64,000 nt of DNA from Candidatus Palauibacter sp. GTDB taxonomy: Bacteria > Gemmatimonadota > Gemmatimonadetes > Palauibacterales > Palauibacteraceae. The stretch is taken from NCBI RefSeq assembly GCF_965221685.1, contig NZ_OZ244907.1; one strand, written 5' to 3'. Shown here one piece after another: positions 38,031-47,929 of the stretch; position 1 is the stretch's first letter, and every line of letters begins with the position of its first letter. A model generated the notes under the pieces. It ran no database searches and was not told the origin of the DNA. It worked only from the letters and a program-made list of their open reading frames with translations. A program made the translations under genes and the position numbers.

Positions 38031-38109
38031 GAGCCGTCGGACGCTACCCGGGGCGAACCCGTGCGAGAAGACTCGCGGGGGTGCCGGGGGTGGACGCGAC
38101 GACGGAAAA

Positions 38110-38183
38110 TGGAGCCGGCGGGATTTGAACCCGCGACCTCTTGAGTGCGATTCAAGCGCTCTCCCAAACTGAGCTACGGCCCC
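38110..38183 (-). tRNA. tRNA-Ala (anticodon CGC)
   Basis: RC: GGGGCCG/TA/GCTC-AGTTTGGGA-GAGC/G/CTTGA-ATCGCAC-TCAAG/AGGTC/GCGGG-TTCAAAT-CCCGC/CGGCTCC/A. G3:U70 alanine identity pair present. Confidence 0.85.
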
Positions 38184-38212
38184 TCGCTCGACTCCCTCTT
38201 GTCCTCTGGGGA

Positions 38213-38287
38213 CGGGGCTGACGGGATTTGAACCCGCGACCTCCGGTGTGACAGACCGGCACTCTAACCAGACTGAGCTACAGCCCC
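38213..38287 (-). tRNA. tRNA-Asp (anticodon GTC)
   Basis: RC: GGGGCTG/TA/GCTC-AGTCTGGTTA-GAGT/G/CCGGT-CTGTCAC-ACCGG/AGGTC/GCGGG-TTCAAAT-CCCGT/CAGCCCC/G. Discriminator G73 typical for Asp. Confidence 0.85.
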
Positions 38288-38304
38288 CTGCAGCGGCGTT
38301 TCGA

Positions 38305-38378
<74 letters not shown>

Positions 38379-38608
38379 CCCGAAGACAAGACGAGCGGAC
38401 CCCGGGTGGGAGCCCGCTCGGACGACACAATGCTAAAGGAACGAGCCGAATCGGTCAACCTCCGGGGGTGCTCCGGCGGGTGCCGGTTCGGGGGTTCGCG
38501 GCTACGGTTGCATCCACCGGGGCGGGGTTTACCTTGTTCGCGACCCGCGCTTCCGACGGCGGAAGCGGCCGGGCGTTTCACATCGTCGATTCCCCCTCAG
38601 AGAGGCGG

Positions 38609-39418
38609 ATGAAGATAAGCTCTCGCGCGGCCGCGGGCGTCCTCGCTGCGGCCCTCGGCGCCACCGCTCTGGCGCTGTACCGGCCTTCAACCGGCGAACT
38701 CGAGATCGCTGTCGCGAGCCTCGATCCGTCCTCCTTCCTGCATGTCCAGGAGAGCGCGGATCCGCAGGCGGCGGGCGAGGGCGAGACGGCCGCGGCGGCC
38801 GCGCAGTTCGCCGAAGAGCAGGATCTCGCGACGATGCCGGCGCAGTGGCGCGCGATCTACGACCACGAGAACGCGAGCCGCGGACCCGAGCAGCCGATCC
38901 CGTTCAACCACCGCTTCCACGTGACGGACCTCCAGATCGACTGCATGTACTGCCATGTGGGGACGGAGGAGTCGGTGTCGGGCGTCGTTCCGACGCTCGA
39001 GGTGTGCATGGGGTGCCACCGCATCGCGGGGACGGGGCTGCCGCCGGTCGAGGAGCTGCGCCAGTACGAGGCGCGCGGCGAGCCCATCGAATGGGAGTGG
39101 GTGTACAAGCTGCCGGAGTTCGTGCAGTTCAGCCACAAGGCCCACGTGCGGAACCTCGAGTGCCAGGACTGCCATGGCCCGGTCGAGGAGATGGACCGGG
39201 TCTACCAGTGGGCGCCGCTCACGATGGGCTGGTGCCTCGATTGCCACCGGCAGGCTCCCTACGAGGGCGATTTCGCGACGGACCACACCCTGGCGCGGGA
39301 CAACCCGCCGCCGCTGGCGCCGGCGCCTCGTCAGCCGGAAGGGTTCTACCCGAGGGACATCAACACGGACTACGGCCGGACCCGGGCTCCCACGGATTGC
39401 GCGGCATGTCACTACTAA
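38609..39418 (+). CDS. actA: Alternative complex III subunit ActA (pentaheme cytochrome c)
   Basis: Five CxxCH motifs (CMYCH, CMGCH, CQDCH, CLDCH, CAACH). Signal/anchor MKISSRAAAGVLAAALGATALAL after a GAGAGG RBS. Start trimmed from 38468. Confidence 0.8.
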   Translation: MKISSRAAAGVLAAALGATALALYRPSTGELEIAVASLDPSSFLHVQESADPQAAGEGETAAAAAQFAEEQDLATMPAQWRAIYDHENASRGPEQPIPFNHRFHVTDLQIDCMYCHVGTEESVSGVVPTLEVCMGCHRIAGTGLPPVEELRQYEARGEPIEWEWVYKLPEFVQFSHKAHVRNLECQDCHGPVEEMDRVYQWAPLTMGWCLDCHRQAPYEGDFATDHTLARDNPPPLAPAPRQPEGFYPRDINTDYGRTRAPTDCAACHY

Positions 39419-42400
39419 ACGGGAGCTGCGGCGACTGCGGCTGTGGCGGGACCGGTGCCGGCGGCGCCACGCCGGAGCCGGAGGCCCTGAACGGCGCGGC
39501 GGCGAACGGCACGGGGCCTTCCCGCCGGCGCTTCCTGAAGGTGCTGGGGACGTCCGGGGCCGGAGCCGCGACGCTGGCAGCGTGCGGGCCGCCGAACTTC
39601 GGGGACAAGCTCATCCCCAGCCTCGTCGAGGAAGAGGGGATCACGCCGGGCGTCTCCGAGACTTACGCGACGGTGCTGCCGGATGCGGGGCCGGAGCCGG
39701 TCGCCGTGCATGCGCAGGTGCGTGACGGCCGCGTCCTCGGCCTGAGCCCCAACGACCGGTTCGGGGGCGGCACGAGCGGCCTTTCGTCGCTCACGCACTC
39801 CACGCTGCAGGATCTCTACGATCCGGATCGCGTGAGCCAGCCGCTCCAGCGGAATCCGTCGACGGAGGAAGGGGCGCCTCCCTTCCAGTACGCGAACTGG
39901 GAGGATGCGACGGCCGCGCTCACGAATGCGGTGCGCGTCGGCGGTGGGGTGCTCCTGACGGGCCGGGTCACGGGCACGACGGGCCGTTTCATCGCGGACT
40001 GGGCTCGCGTGATGGGGGTCGAACACATCGCCTGGGAACCGTTCTCGAACGACGCGCTGGCGACGGGAACCGCGGACGTGAGCGGCGGCGCGGGCATGCC
40101 GCGCTTCGATCTCTCCTCGGCGGACCGAATCGCCTGCTTCGGGGCCGACTTCCTCGGCACATGGCTCGCACCGACGCAGATTTCCGCAAGTTTCGCGGCT
40201 GCGAGGGACATCGACGCCCACCACCACGCGAAGTTCACCTTCGTCGGGCCGCGCCTCTCGCTCACCGGCGCGAATGCGGATGAGTGGGTCGAAGCGCGCG
40301 CGGGCACCGAGGGCGCCGTAGCGCTCGCGGTCGCCGGCGTCGTGGCCGCGTCACGCGGCGCCGAGCTTCCCGCCGGACTGCTCGGCGTGTCGCCGGAGTC
40401 GGCGGCGGAGGTCGCCGGCGTCTCGGCCGACGCGATCCGCGCGCTCGGAGAGGAACTTGCCGCCGCGGAGAACGCGGTCGCGATTCCGCCGGGGATCGAG
40501 TCGCAGGGAGCCGACGCCCGTCAGGCGCAGCAGGCGGTGGCGGCGCTCAACGAGCTTCTGGGCGCGACAGGCCGCTCGGTCTTCCCGGGAGACGGCGCGC
40601 CCGAGGGCACGACGGCGAGCTTCGCCGACATGCAGGCCCTGATCGGGCGCATGCGGGCCGGCCAGGTGCGGACGCTCATCGTGTCCGGGTGCAATCCCGC
40701 CTACGCGCTCCCGGCGGCCGCGGGGTTCGGCGAGGCGCTCGCCAACGTGGCGAACACGGTCGCGGTCACGCCGCAACTCGACGAGACGGCGTCGGCCTGC
40801 GGCTGGGTGCTCCCGTGCCACCACGCGCTCGAGTCGTGGTGCGACGCCGAACTGGCGGGCGGCGCGATGGCGCTCGGACAGCCGCTCATGCACCCGGTGT
40901 TCGACACGCGGCAGCGCGAGGATCTGCTGCTGGACGTCGCGAATGCGGCGGGACAGGGCGGCGCCTTCAGCGGGACGGATTACGCCACCGTGCTGCGGAA
41001 CACCTGGACCGAGCGGCTCGGCGACCACGCCGCGTGGCTCGACGCGCTCCGGCGCGGCGGTGCCTCGGCGGCGGCATGGGCGGGCGACGGTGACGCGGAG
41101 GCCGGCGAGGGCGTCGCTCCCGCGAGCGGCGATGGCGGCGGCTTCGCGCTCCCGCAGGCACCCGCAGGCACCCAACTCGTCGTCTACCCGACGGCCCAGT
41201 TCTACGACGGCCGGGGCGCGAACCGTTCCTGGATGCAGGAGCAGCCCGACGCGATCACCAAGGTCGTGTGGAACTCCTGGGTCGAGATGCACCCGGACAT
41301 GGCGGAGTCCCTCGGCGTCGACCGCGGCGACGTCGTCCGCGTGGAGTCCGACCAGGGCGCCATCGAGGCGCCGGTCTACGTCTACCGCGGCATCCGCCCC
41401 GATACGGTGGCGATCCCGCTCGGACAGGGACACACGGAATACGGCCGCCACGCGCGGAACCGCGGCGTGAACCCGCTGGACCTCCTCGCGGCGAACGCGG
41501 ACCCCGGCTCCGGCGCGCTGGCGTACGCCGGGACGGCGGTCACCGTCACGGCCACGGAGGAGACCGCGCGCCTCGTCGTCACGCAGGGGTCCACCGACGA
41601 CCTCGACCGCGAAATCGTCCATGCCATGAACGTCGAGGACGCGCTCCACGAGGTCGAGGCGCACGAGATCGACCTCGTCGAGATGGTCGAGGCCGCGTGG
41701 GACTCGGATCCGAACAGCCCGTACCGCTGGGGGATGGTCATCGACCTCAACTCCTGCACCGGCTGCGGCGCCTGCGTCACGTCGTGCTACTCGGAGAACA
41801 ACATCCCCACCGTGGGCGAGGAGCAGGCCGCGCTGCGACGGGAGATGTCGTGGATGCGGATCCACCGCTTCGAGGAGGAGACGGAAGACGGCGGGTTCCA
41901 GACCGTCCAGCAGCCGATGCTCTGCCAGCACTGCGGCGACGCGCCGTGCGAGCCGGTGTGTCCGGTCTACGCGACGTATCACAGCCCGGAGGGGCTCAAC
42001 GTCCAGGTCTACAACCGCTGCGTCGGCACGCGGTACTGCGCGAACAACTGTCCCTACAAGGTCCGGCGCTTCAACTGGTTCAACCACGACAACGAGCGCG
42101 GCCGCGAAGGCGGCGCCTTCCCCTGGCCCCTGAACCTCCAGCTCAATCCGGACATCACCGTCCGCGAGGTGGGGGTGATGGAGAAGTGCACGATGTGCGT
42201 GCACCGGATCAACAAGGCGAAGATCGACGCCAAGGAGGAGGACCGGCTGGTCGCGGACGGCGAGGTGATGACCGCCTGCCAGTCCAGCTGTCCGTCGAAC
42301 GCGATCACGTTCGGCAATCTCAAGGACCCGGAGAGCGAGGTCTCCCGCAAGGCGAAGAGCGCCCGCGGCTACCACGCGCTCGGAGAACTCGGCGTGCGGC

Positions 42401-42498
42401 CGGCGATCACCTATCTCGAGGACGTCACGCACAAGCACATGGCAGCCGGCGGGCACGGTGAACCGGCCGCGGCCGGTGAAGGCGAAGAGGCGCACTGA
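39406..42498 (+). CDS. actB: Alternative complex III subunit ActB (molybdopterin-oxidoreductase-like domain plus 4Fe-4S ferredoxin domain), TAT signal
   Basis: SRRRFLKVLGTSGAGAATLAAC twin-arginine signal. C-terminal Cys clusters CTGCGACVTSC, CQHCGDAPCEPVCP, CVGTRYCANNCP, CTMCVHR, CQSSCP. Start 39406 overlaps the actA stop; the ORF-track start 38845 was rejected. Confidence 0.85.
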   Translation: MSLLNGSCGDCGCGGTGAGGATPEPEALNGAAANGTGPSRRRFLKVLGTSGAGAATLAACGPPNFGDKLIPSLVEEEGITPGVSETYATVLPDAGPEPVAVHAQVRDGRVLGLSPNDRFGGGTSGLSSLTHSTLQDLYDPDRVSQPLQRNPSTEEGAPPFQYANWEDATAALTNAVRVGGGVLLTGRVTGTTGRFIADWARVMGVEHIAWEPFSNDALATGTADVSGGAGMPRFDLSSADRIACFGADFLGTWLAPTQISASFAAARDIDAHHHAKFTFVGPRLSLTGANADEWVEARAGTEGAVALAVAGVVAASRGAELPAGLLGVSPESAAEVAGVSADAIRALGEELAAAENAVAIPPGIESQGADARQAQQAVAALNELLGATGRSVFPGDGAPEGTTASFADMQALIGRMRAGQVRTLIVSGCNPAYALPAAAGFGEALANVANTVAVTPQLDETASACGWVLPCHHALESWCDAELAGGAMALGQPLMHPVFDTRQREDLLLDVANAAGQGGAFSGTDYATVLRNTWTERLGDHAAWLDALRRGGASAAAWAGDGDAEAGEGVAPASGDGGGFALPQAPAGTQLVVYPTAQFYDGRGANRSWMQEQPDAITKVVWNSWVEMHPDMAESLGVDRGDVVRVESDQGAIEAPVYVYRGIRPDTVAIPLGQGHTEYGRHARNRGVNPLDLLAANADPGSGALAYAGTAVTVTATEETARLVVTQGSTDDLDREIVHAMNVEDALHEVEAHEIDLVEMVEAAWDSDPNSPYRWGMVIDLNSCTGCGACVTSCYSENNIPTVGEEQAALRREMSWMRIHRFEEETEDGGFQTVQQPMLCQHCGDAPCEPVCPVYATYHSPEGLNVQVYNRCVGTRYCANNCPYKVRRFNWFNHDNERGREGGAFPWPLNLQLNPDITVREVGVMEKCTMCVHRINKAKIDAKEEDRLVADGEVMTACQSSCPSNAITFGNLKDPESEVSRKAKSARGYHALGELGVRPAITYLEDVTHKHMAAGGHGEPAAAGEGEEAH

Positions 42499-43853
42499 TG
42501 GCGACCGCGGAGGCGAAGGTGCCCGCCCACCCGACGCTGGCCGACGCGAACCGCGACATCACGCGGCCCATCGCGATGCCCGAGAAGCGCTTCTATCTCG
42601 TGCTCGGGGTCGCGGCCGCGGGCCTCGCCCTCATGTTCGGGGCGTGGTTCTACCAGATCGGGGCCGGCATCGGCGTCGCGGGCATCACGCACCCCGTTTT
42701 CTGGGGCGTGTACATCACGACCTTCGTCTTCTGGGTCGGGATCGCCCACTCCGGGACGCTGATCTCGGCGATCCTCTACCTCTTCCGCTCCGGGTGGCGC
42801 ACGACGATCAACCGCACCGCGGAGGCGATGACGATCTTCGCGGTGATGACGGCCGGGCTCTTCCCCCTCATCCACCTCGGTCGCGTCTGGTACTTCTACT
42901 ACCTGATGCCGTACCCGTCGCAGCGGCAGATCTGGCCGGACTTCCGCTCGCCGCTCGTGATGGACGTGTTCGCGGTCTCGACGTACCTCATCATCTCCGC
43001 GCTCTTCTGGTACACCGGGCTCATTCCCGATTTCGCGATCCTGCGCGACCGGGCGAAGGGCTGGATGTACAAGATCTACGGCGCGTTCTCGCTCGGGTGG
43101 CAGGGGACGGTGAGCGAGTGGCGGCACTACCGCCGGATCTACCTCTACATGGCGGGGATCGCGACGCCGCTGGTGCTGTCGGTGCACTCCGTGGTCTCGT
43201 GGGACTTCGCCCTCTCGATCGTGCCCGGGTGGCACTCGACGATCTTCGCCCCGTACTTCGTGGCCGGCGCGATCTTCAGCGGCGTCGCCCTCGTGATCAC
43301 GATCATGATCCCGCTGCGCTGGGCGTTCGGGCTCGAGGCCTACATCACCGAGAAGCACTTCGAGAACATGGCGAAGCTGGTCCTCCTCACGTCGCTCATC
43401 GTCGGCTTCTCGTACGGGACGGAGTTCTTCCTCGCCTACTACTCGGCGGACCCGATCGAGATCGAGAGCTTCCGCTGGCGGGCGCTGGGGGCCTACGCGC
43501 TCCCGTTCTGGGTCATGGTGTTCTGCAACGTGGTCGTGCCGCAGGCGCTGTGGTTCAAGAAGGTCCGCACGAGCCTGCCGGCGCTGTTCGCGCTCACGAT
43601 CTTCGTCAACATCGGGATGTGGTACGAGCGGTTCGTCATCATCGTGACCTCGCTCGCCCACGAGTACGAGCCGGGCGGCTGGGGCCTGTACACGCCGAGC
43701 TGGGTGGAGATGTCGATTCTCGTCGGCAGCTTCTGCTGGTTCTTCTTCTGGTTCCTGCTCTTCTCGCGCAGCCTGCCGGTGATCTCGATCGCCGAGGTGA
43801 AGGAACATCTCGCGCACGAACACGCGCACGCCCACGGGGATGACGATGAATAG
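42498..43853 (+). CDS. actC: Alternative complex III subunit ActC (NrfD/PsrC-like polytopic membrane quinol-interacting subunit)
   Basis: About 10 predicted TM helices, NrfD-family pattern. ATG overlaps the actB TGA (TGATG at 42496-42500). Confidence 0.85.
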   Translation: MATAEAKVPAHPTLADANRDITRPIAMPEKRFYLVLGVAAAGLALMFGAWFYQIGAGIGVAGITHPVFWGVYITTFVFWVGIAHSGTLISAILYLFRSGWRTTINRTAEAMTIFAVMTAGLFPLIHLGRVWYFYYLMPYPSQRQIWPDFRSPLVMDVFAVSTYLIISALFWYTGLIPDFAILRDRAKGWMYKIYGAFSLGWQGTVSEWRHYRRIYLYMAGIATPLVLSVHSVVSWDFALSIVPGWHSTIFAPYFVAGAIFSGVALVITIMIPLRWAFGLEAYITEKHFENMAKLVLLTSLIVGFSYGTEFFLAYYSADPIEIESFRWRALGAYALPFWVMVFCNVVVPQALWFKKVRTSLPALFALTIFVNIGMWYERFVIIVTSLAHEYEPGGWGLYTPSWVEMSILVGSFCWFFFWFLLFSRSLPVISIAEVKEHLAHEHAHAHGDDDE

Positions 43854-44349
43854 CGGCGTCCTGGGGCAGTACGACACGCTGCCCGGCACGCTCGACGCGA
43901 TCGCGCGGCTGCGGGACGCGGGACACCGCGACATCGAGGTTTTCTCGCCGATTCCGTCGCCGGAGATCGAGGAGGCGATGGACATCCACTCCTCGCCGGT
44001 GCGCGTGTGGGCGCTGACGGGCGCGATCACCGGGTGCACGCTCGGGGTGCTGCTCACGGCGGGCACGTCGCTGGCCTACCCGCTCGTCACGCAGGGCAAG
44101 CCGCTCGTGTCGCTGCCTCCGTTCGTCGTGTTCATGTTCGAACTCACGGTGCTGCTCACGGGGATCTTCGGGCTCGTCGCGCTGCTCGTGCACACGAAGC
44201 GGCCGGTGATCAACCTCGACCCGGCCTATCGGACATCGTTCTCGGTCGACCGCTGGGGCATCTTCGTCCCGGCGAACGGCGAGGGCACGGCCGACGCCGA
44301 GGCGCTCGTGCGTGAGACGGCCGCGGTGGACGTGGAGGTGCAGGGATGA
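43840..44349 (+). CDS. actD: Alternative complex III subunit ActD
   Basis: 169-aa protein with two TM helices at the position and size expected for ActD (DUF3341-like). Overlaps the actC end. Confidence 0.65.
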   Translation: MTMNSGVLGQYDTLPGTLDAIARLRDAGHRDIEVFSPIPSPEIEEAMDIHSSPVRVWALTGAITGCTLGVLLTAGTSLAYPLVTQGKPLVSLPPFVVFMFELTVLLTGIFGLVALLVHTKRPVINLDPAYRTSFSVDRWGIFVPANGEGTADAEALVRETAAVDVEVQG

Positions 44350-45008
44350 CCGCCCGGACCGCCGCCACCGTGATCCTCGCCGCCTTCGCGCTCGGCGCCT
44401 GCGACGACCAGATCAAGCACCTGGAGCAGCGGACGCCGTTCTTCAACACGATGTCCTGGCAGCCTTCGGTGGAGGCCTTCGAGGAGCGTGCGCGGCTGCC
44501 GGTGCCCGGCACGATGCCGATCGACGGCGAGCGGACGTACGACCTGATGGCGGCCGATACCATGCTCGTCAGCCCGATCTCCGGCACCGAAGCCGACCTC
44601 GCCCGGGGGGCGGAACTGTACAGCCAGTTCTGCACGCCCTGCCACGGCGTGACGGGGGCGGGCGACGGCTCCGTCGTGGGACAGAACCGGATTCCCGACA
44701 TCCCGCTTCTCAACATCCGCGGCGAACTCACGCGTGGCTACACGGACGGCTACATCTGGGGCATGATCGGGAACGGACGCGGGCTGATGCCGGCCTACCG
44801 GCGCATCCCGGCCATGGACCGCTGGTACCTGGTCGCGTACGTGCGGCAACTGCAGGCCGAGGCGATGGCCGAGGAAGCGGAAGCGGCGGCGGCCGAGGCG
44901 GCGGCCGAGGCGGCAGCTGAAGCGGCGGCAGCTGAAGCGGCGGCGGCTGAAGCGGCGGCAGCCGATACGGCCGGAGCCGAGATCCCCGGGACGGGAGGCG
45001 GACAGTGA
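44346..45008 (+). CDS. actE: Alternative complex III subunit ActE (monoheme cytochrome c lipoprotein) with Ala/Glu-rich C-terminal tail
   Basis: Lipobox LAAFALGAC. Single heme site CTPCH. C-terminal (AEAAAAE)n low-complexity repeat encoded by gcggcggc[ct]ga[ag]gcg tandem units at 44875-44960. Confidence 0.75.
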   Translation: MTARTAATVILAAFALGACDDQIKHLEQRTPFFNTMSWQPSVEAFEERARLPVPGTMPIDGERTYDLMAADTMLVSPISGTEADLARGAELYSQFCTPCHGVTGAGDGSVVGQNRIPDIPLLNIRGELTRGYTDGYIWGMIGNGRGLMPAYRRIPAMDRWYLVAYVRQLQAEAMAEEAEAAAAEAAAEAAAEAAAAEAAAAEAAAADTAGAEIPGTGGGQ

Positions 45009-46285
45009 GCGGCGGCGGCGACCGCCCGGTCCTCACCACGGGAGAGGCGCTGAAGACGATCAGCGGCCGCATTCCGACGGTGTGGCTCGGGGTATGGCTG
45101 GCGGCGGTCGCGATCGGGGCCGTGGGCTTCGCGACGACGGTCGGCGGGGACGCGCAGCGCGCCTGGATGAGCGTGTGGTCGAACTTCCTCTTCTGGACGG
45201 CGATCTCGATGGCGGGCGTCGTCTTCGGGGCCGTCCTCCAGGTCGCGAAGGGGCACTGGGGCAAGAGTTTCCGCAGGCTGGCCGAGGCCGCGGGCGCCTT
45301 CCTCCCCGTCTCCTTCGCCCTCTTCTTCACGCTCCGGCTCGGCGCCGAACACGTCTTCCCCTGGATCGGGCCCGTGGAGACGGAACACCTGAACCGCGAC
45401 TGGCTCACGCTCGAGGGCGTCTTCCTGCGGAACGGGGTCCTGCTCGCGGTGCTCTACCTGCTCGGCTTCGTGTGGCTCTTCTACTCGATCCGGGCGGACG
45501 CGCCGCTCGTCGCCGCGGAGAGCCGGGGCTGGCGCAAGGCCGTCGTTTCGCTCTTCGCCCGGGGCTGGCGCGGAGACGACGTGGAGGTGGAGCGCTGCCG
45601 AAGCCGGATCGGGCGGCTGTCCGCCGTGCTGATCCTGAGTTGGGCCGTCATCTTCTCGCTGCTGGCGTTCGATTTCGGGATGTCGCTCACGCCGGGCTTC
45701 ATGAGCATGGTGTGGGGGCCGTACTACTTCATCGGCGGCTGGCTCGGCCTGCTCGCGCTCGTCGCGGTCATGGCCCACCGCTACAACGGGGGGACCGGCG
45801 GGATCCGGCTTTGGGGGAAGTACGACTTCCACGATCTCGGCAAGCTGACGTTCGCCTTCGTCGCGTTCTGGACCTACCTCTGGTTCGCCCAGTATCTCGT
45901 GATCTGGTACGGCAACATCCCGCGCGAGACGAACTTCTTCATGCCGCGTTCGACGGGTGCCTTCGGCTGGATGTTCTGGCTCCAGATGGTGCTCATCTTC
46001 GCCCTCCCCTTCCCCTTCCTCCTGGGGCGGAGCCCGAAGATGAGTTCGCGCTGGCTGGCGTTCGTGGGGCTGCTGATCCTGATCGGCTTCTGGGTCGAGC
46101 GCTGGAACATGGTGGCGCCGTCGATCTGGCACGGGGAGGGACTGCCGCTCGGCGTGCCGGAAGCGATGATCTCGGTCGGTTTCGTCGGCCTGTTCGCCCT
46201 CGCGTACGGCGCCTATTCGACGACCTTCCCGAAGGTTCCGATGCGCGAGACGATCGCGCTGGGGAGTCCCGGCCGCGGCCCGTAG
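45005..46285 (+). CDS. actF: Alternative complex III subunit ActF (NrfD-like membrane subunit)
   Basis: 426-aa polytopic membrane protein paralogous in pattern to ActC. ATGA-type overlap with actE. Confidence 0.8.
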   Translation: MSGGGDRPVLTTGEALKTISGRIPTVWLGVWLAAVAIGAVGFATTVGGDAQRAWMSVWSNFLFWTAISMAGVVFGAVLQVAKGHWGKSFRRLAEAAGAFLPVSFALFFTLRLGAEHVFPWIGPVETEHLNRDWLTLEGVFLRNGVLLAVLYLLGFVWLFYSIRADAPLVAAESRGWRKAVVSLFARGWRGDDVEVERCRSRIGRLSAVLILSWAVIFSLLAFDFGMSLTPGFMSMVWGPYYFIGGWLGLLALVAVMAHRYNGGTGGIRLWGKYDFHDLGKLTFAFVAFWTYLWFAQYLVIWYGNIPRETNFFMPRSTGAFGWMFWLQMVLIFALPFPFLLGRSPKMSSRWLAFVGLLILIGFWVERWNMVAPSIWHGEGLPLGVPEAMISVGFVGLFALAYGAYSTTFPKVPMRETIALGSPGRGP

Positions 46286-46434
46286 GCCTCCGCCGGTCGC
46301 CGCCCCGCAAACGAGGGGGTGCCCCGGCTGGCCTTCGGCGTCTACTTTCAACGCTGGCCGTATGACGTGATGGTGCGAACCATGCCGATGTGGCGTGGCC
46401 TCGTGCCGCGAAGTTCTTGACCGAGGCGGTTTGG

Positions 46435-46734
46435 ATGGAGCTTTCCGACAACTACGAGCAGTTGCTGCAGCGGACGACCGCGACGGTCGAGAAGTACCGT
46501 GAGGGGGCCGAGGAGCTGAGGGTGAAGCTCCGCGAGGCCCGCGCCGGCCGGAAGGTTCAGATCATGGCCATGATCGACCGGCTGGAGCGCAAGTACGACG
46601 GGGCGAAGACGCGCCTCGAGGAGCTTTCGGACTCCGAGGAAGACGGCAACAGCCAAGCGCTCGGCGTCCTCCACCAGAAGGTGGTCTCCGAACTCTCGGA
46701 CATGAAGCGGACGATCCAGACCCGAATCCGCTAG
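46435..46734 (+). CDS. Hypothetical coiled-coil protein
   Basis: MELSDNYEQLLQRTTATVEKYREGAEELRVKLREARAG... heptad-like charged pattern. Start ambiguous (ORF from 46390). Confidence 0.3.
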   Translation: MELSDNYEQLLQRTTATVEKYREGAEELRVKLREARAGRKVQIMAMIDRLERKYDGAKTRLEELSDSEEDGNSQALGVLHQKVVSELSDMKRTIQTRIR

Positions 46735-47795
46735 AAGCGCCTGAACGCGCGGTCGGGAATCAGGGGTTCACCTGCTTCCAGCTTCCGCGCGATCTCGAGG
46801 TGGACCTCCTCGAGGAAGAGGAAACGCTCCGGATAGGCGGGGTGCGTGGCGTCCCCGCGGTCCCGGATCCCGGCGGCATCTTCCGCCGCCATGCGCCGCC
46901 AGAAGCGAGCCACGCCGCGCGTGTCGATGCCGGCCCTGGCGAGGTAGTACATGCCCACGTAGTCGGCCTCGCGCTCCTGGGCCCGGCTGAACTCCCCTGG
47001 CGGTGCGACGCCGCCCGCCGCGGCCGCGGCGGCATCGCGAACGGCGCCGCGCATGCCCCGCAGCCTGTCGTACTCGCGGTCCTGCGCGGAGTGGCCGATG
47101 GTGTTGTGCGCCATCTCGTGGGCGATGACGAGCTGCAACTCCTCGTCCGATTCCAGGAACCGCAGCAGGCCTGCGTTCACCTCGATCCAGCGGCCGTCGG
47201 CGGAGGCGTTGATCTCGTCGCTCGGCGACAGGTGGATGGGGAAGTCGCAGCCTCGCTGCGCGGTGATCTCCAGCGTCACGCTTTCCCGGCCCCGGCGCAC
47301 GACCACGGGCACAGGCTCGCCCGCCCGCCGCCGAACGAGTTGAAAGGCGATCTCGACGGACCCCTGCGCGCCGGACGGCACTTCAACGCCGCCCAGTTCG
47401 ATGATCGCGTCACCGGGGACGAGGCCGGCCCGCTGTGCTGCGCCGCCCCGCGTCACGCCGATGATCGTGGGCCGCTCTCCGACGCCGAACAGTTCACGAT
47501 ACGCGTCGCGTTCCGCCTCGTCCTCGACCTCCTCCAGCGCGAGGTATCGAAATCCGAAGTGGCTCACCTCGTGGCCACACAGGGCCGGTCCCTGCCGGAG
47601 AAGCGGGAGCGAGACGTCGTCAAGCCTCTGGAGGCGCGCCTCGCGGGTCCGAACGGCGGCCTCCGTCTGCAACGCCCGCTCGCCGGCGACTGAAGGGATG
47701 CCGTCCGGCGAGGGATCCGAGGCCACCGTGGAGGGCTTGGCGCAGGCGGCGATGGCCGCAAGGAAGATGAACCCCGGGATCAACGAATCTCTCAT
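46731..47795 (-). CDS. M48-family zinc metallopeptidase with PDZ domain, lipoprotein
   Basis: Lipobox FLAAIAAC. PDZ-like GLVPGDAIIELGGVEV. HEMAHN (HExxH). Downstream EREADYVG (third zinc ligand region of M48). Confidence 0.75.
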   Translation of the reverse strand: MRDSLIPGFIFLAAIAACAKPSTVASDPSPDGIPSVAGERALQTEAAVRTREARLQRLDDVSLPLLRQGPALCGHEVSHFGFRYLALEEVEDEAERDAYRELFGVGERPTIIGVTRGGAAQRAGLVPGDAIIELGGVEVPSGAQGSVEIAFQLVRRRAGEPVPVVVRRGRESVTLEITAQRGCDFPIHLSPSDEINASADGRWIEVNAGLLRFLESDEELQLVIAHEMAHNTIGHSAQDREYDRLRGMRGAVRDAAAAAAGGVAPPGEFSRAQEREADYVGMYYLARAGIDTRGVARFWRRMAAEDAAGIRDRGDATHPAYPERFLFLEEVHLEIARKLEAGEPLIPDRAFRRF

Positions 47796-47929
47796 GGACG
47801 CCCCCTCGACACCGCCCCACGCGCCGACACCGGTCTCCCGGAGACGGCTTCGCAGTACCTTAGCGTGTGCTCATCGGGGTCGAAAGCGACCGAGCGCGCG
47901 GATTCGTCGAGGAGGTTGGGGAGTGGAGA

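Noticed and set aside
38845-42498. ORF-track 1217-aa form of actB starting at 38845 inside actA
   Set aside because: N-terminal 187 aa are the out-of-frame readthrough of actA. A genuine Met followed by a twin-arginine signal at 39406 gives the canonical roughly 1030-aa ActB.
40351-44066. Minus-strand ORFs 40351..42495 (714 aa) and 42411..44066 (551 aa) antisense to actB and actC
   Set aside because: Arg/Asp/Glu-rich antisense artefacts. Sense-strand products carry all diagnostic ActB and ActC features.
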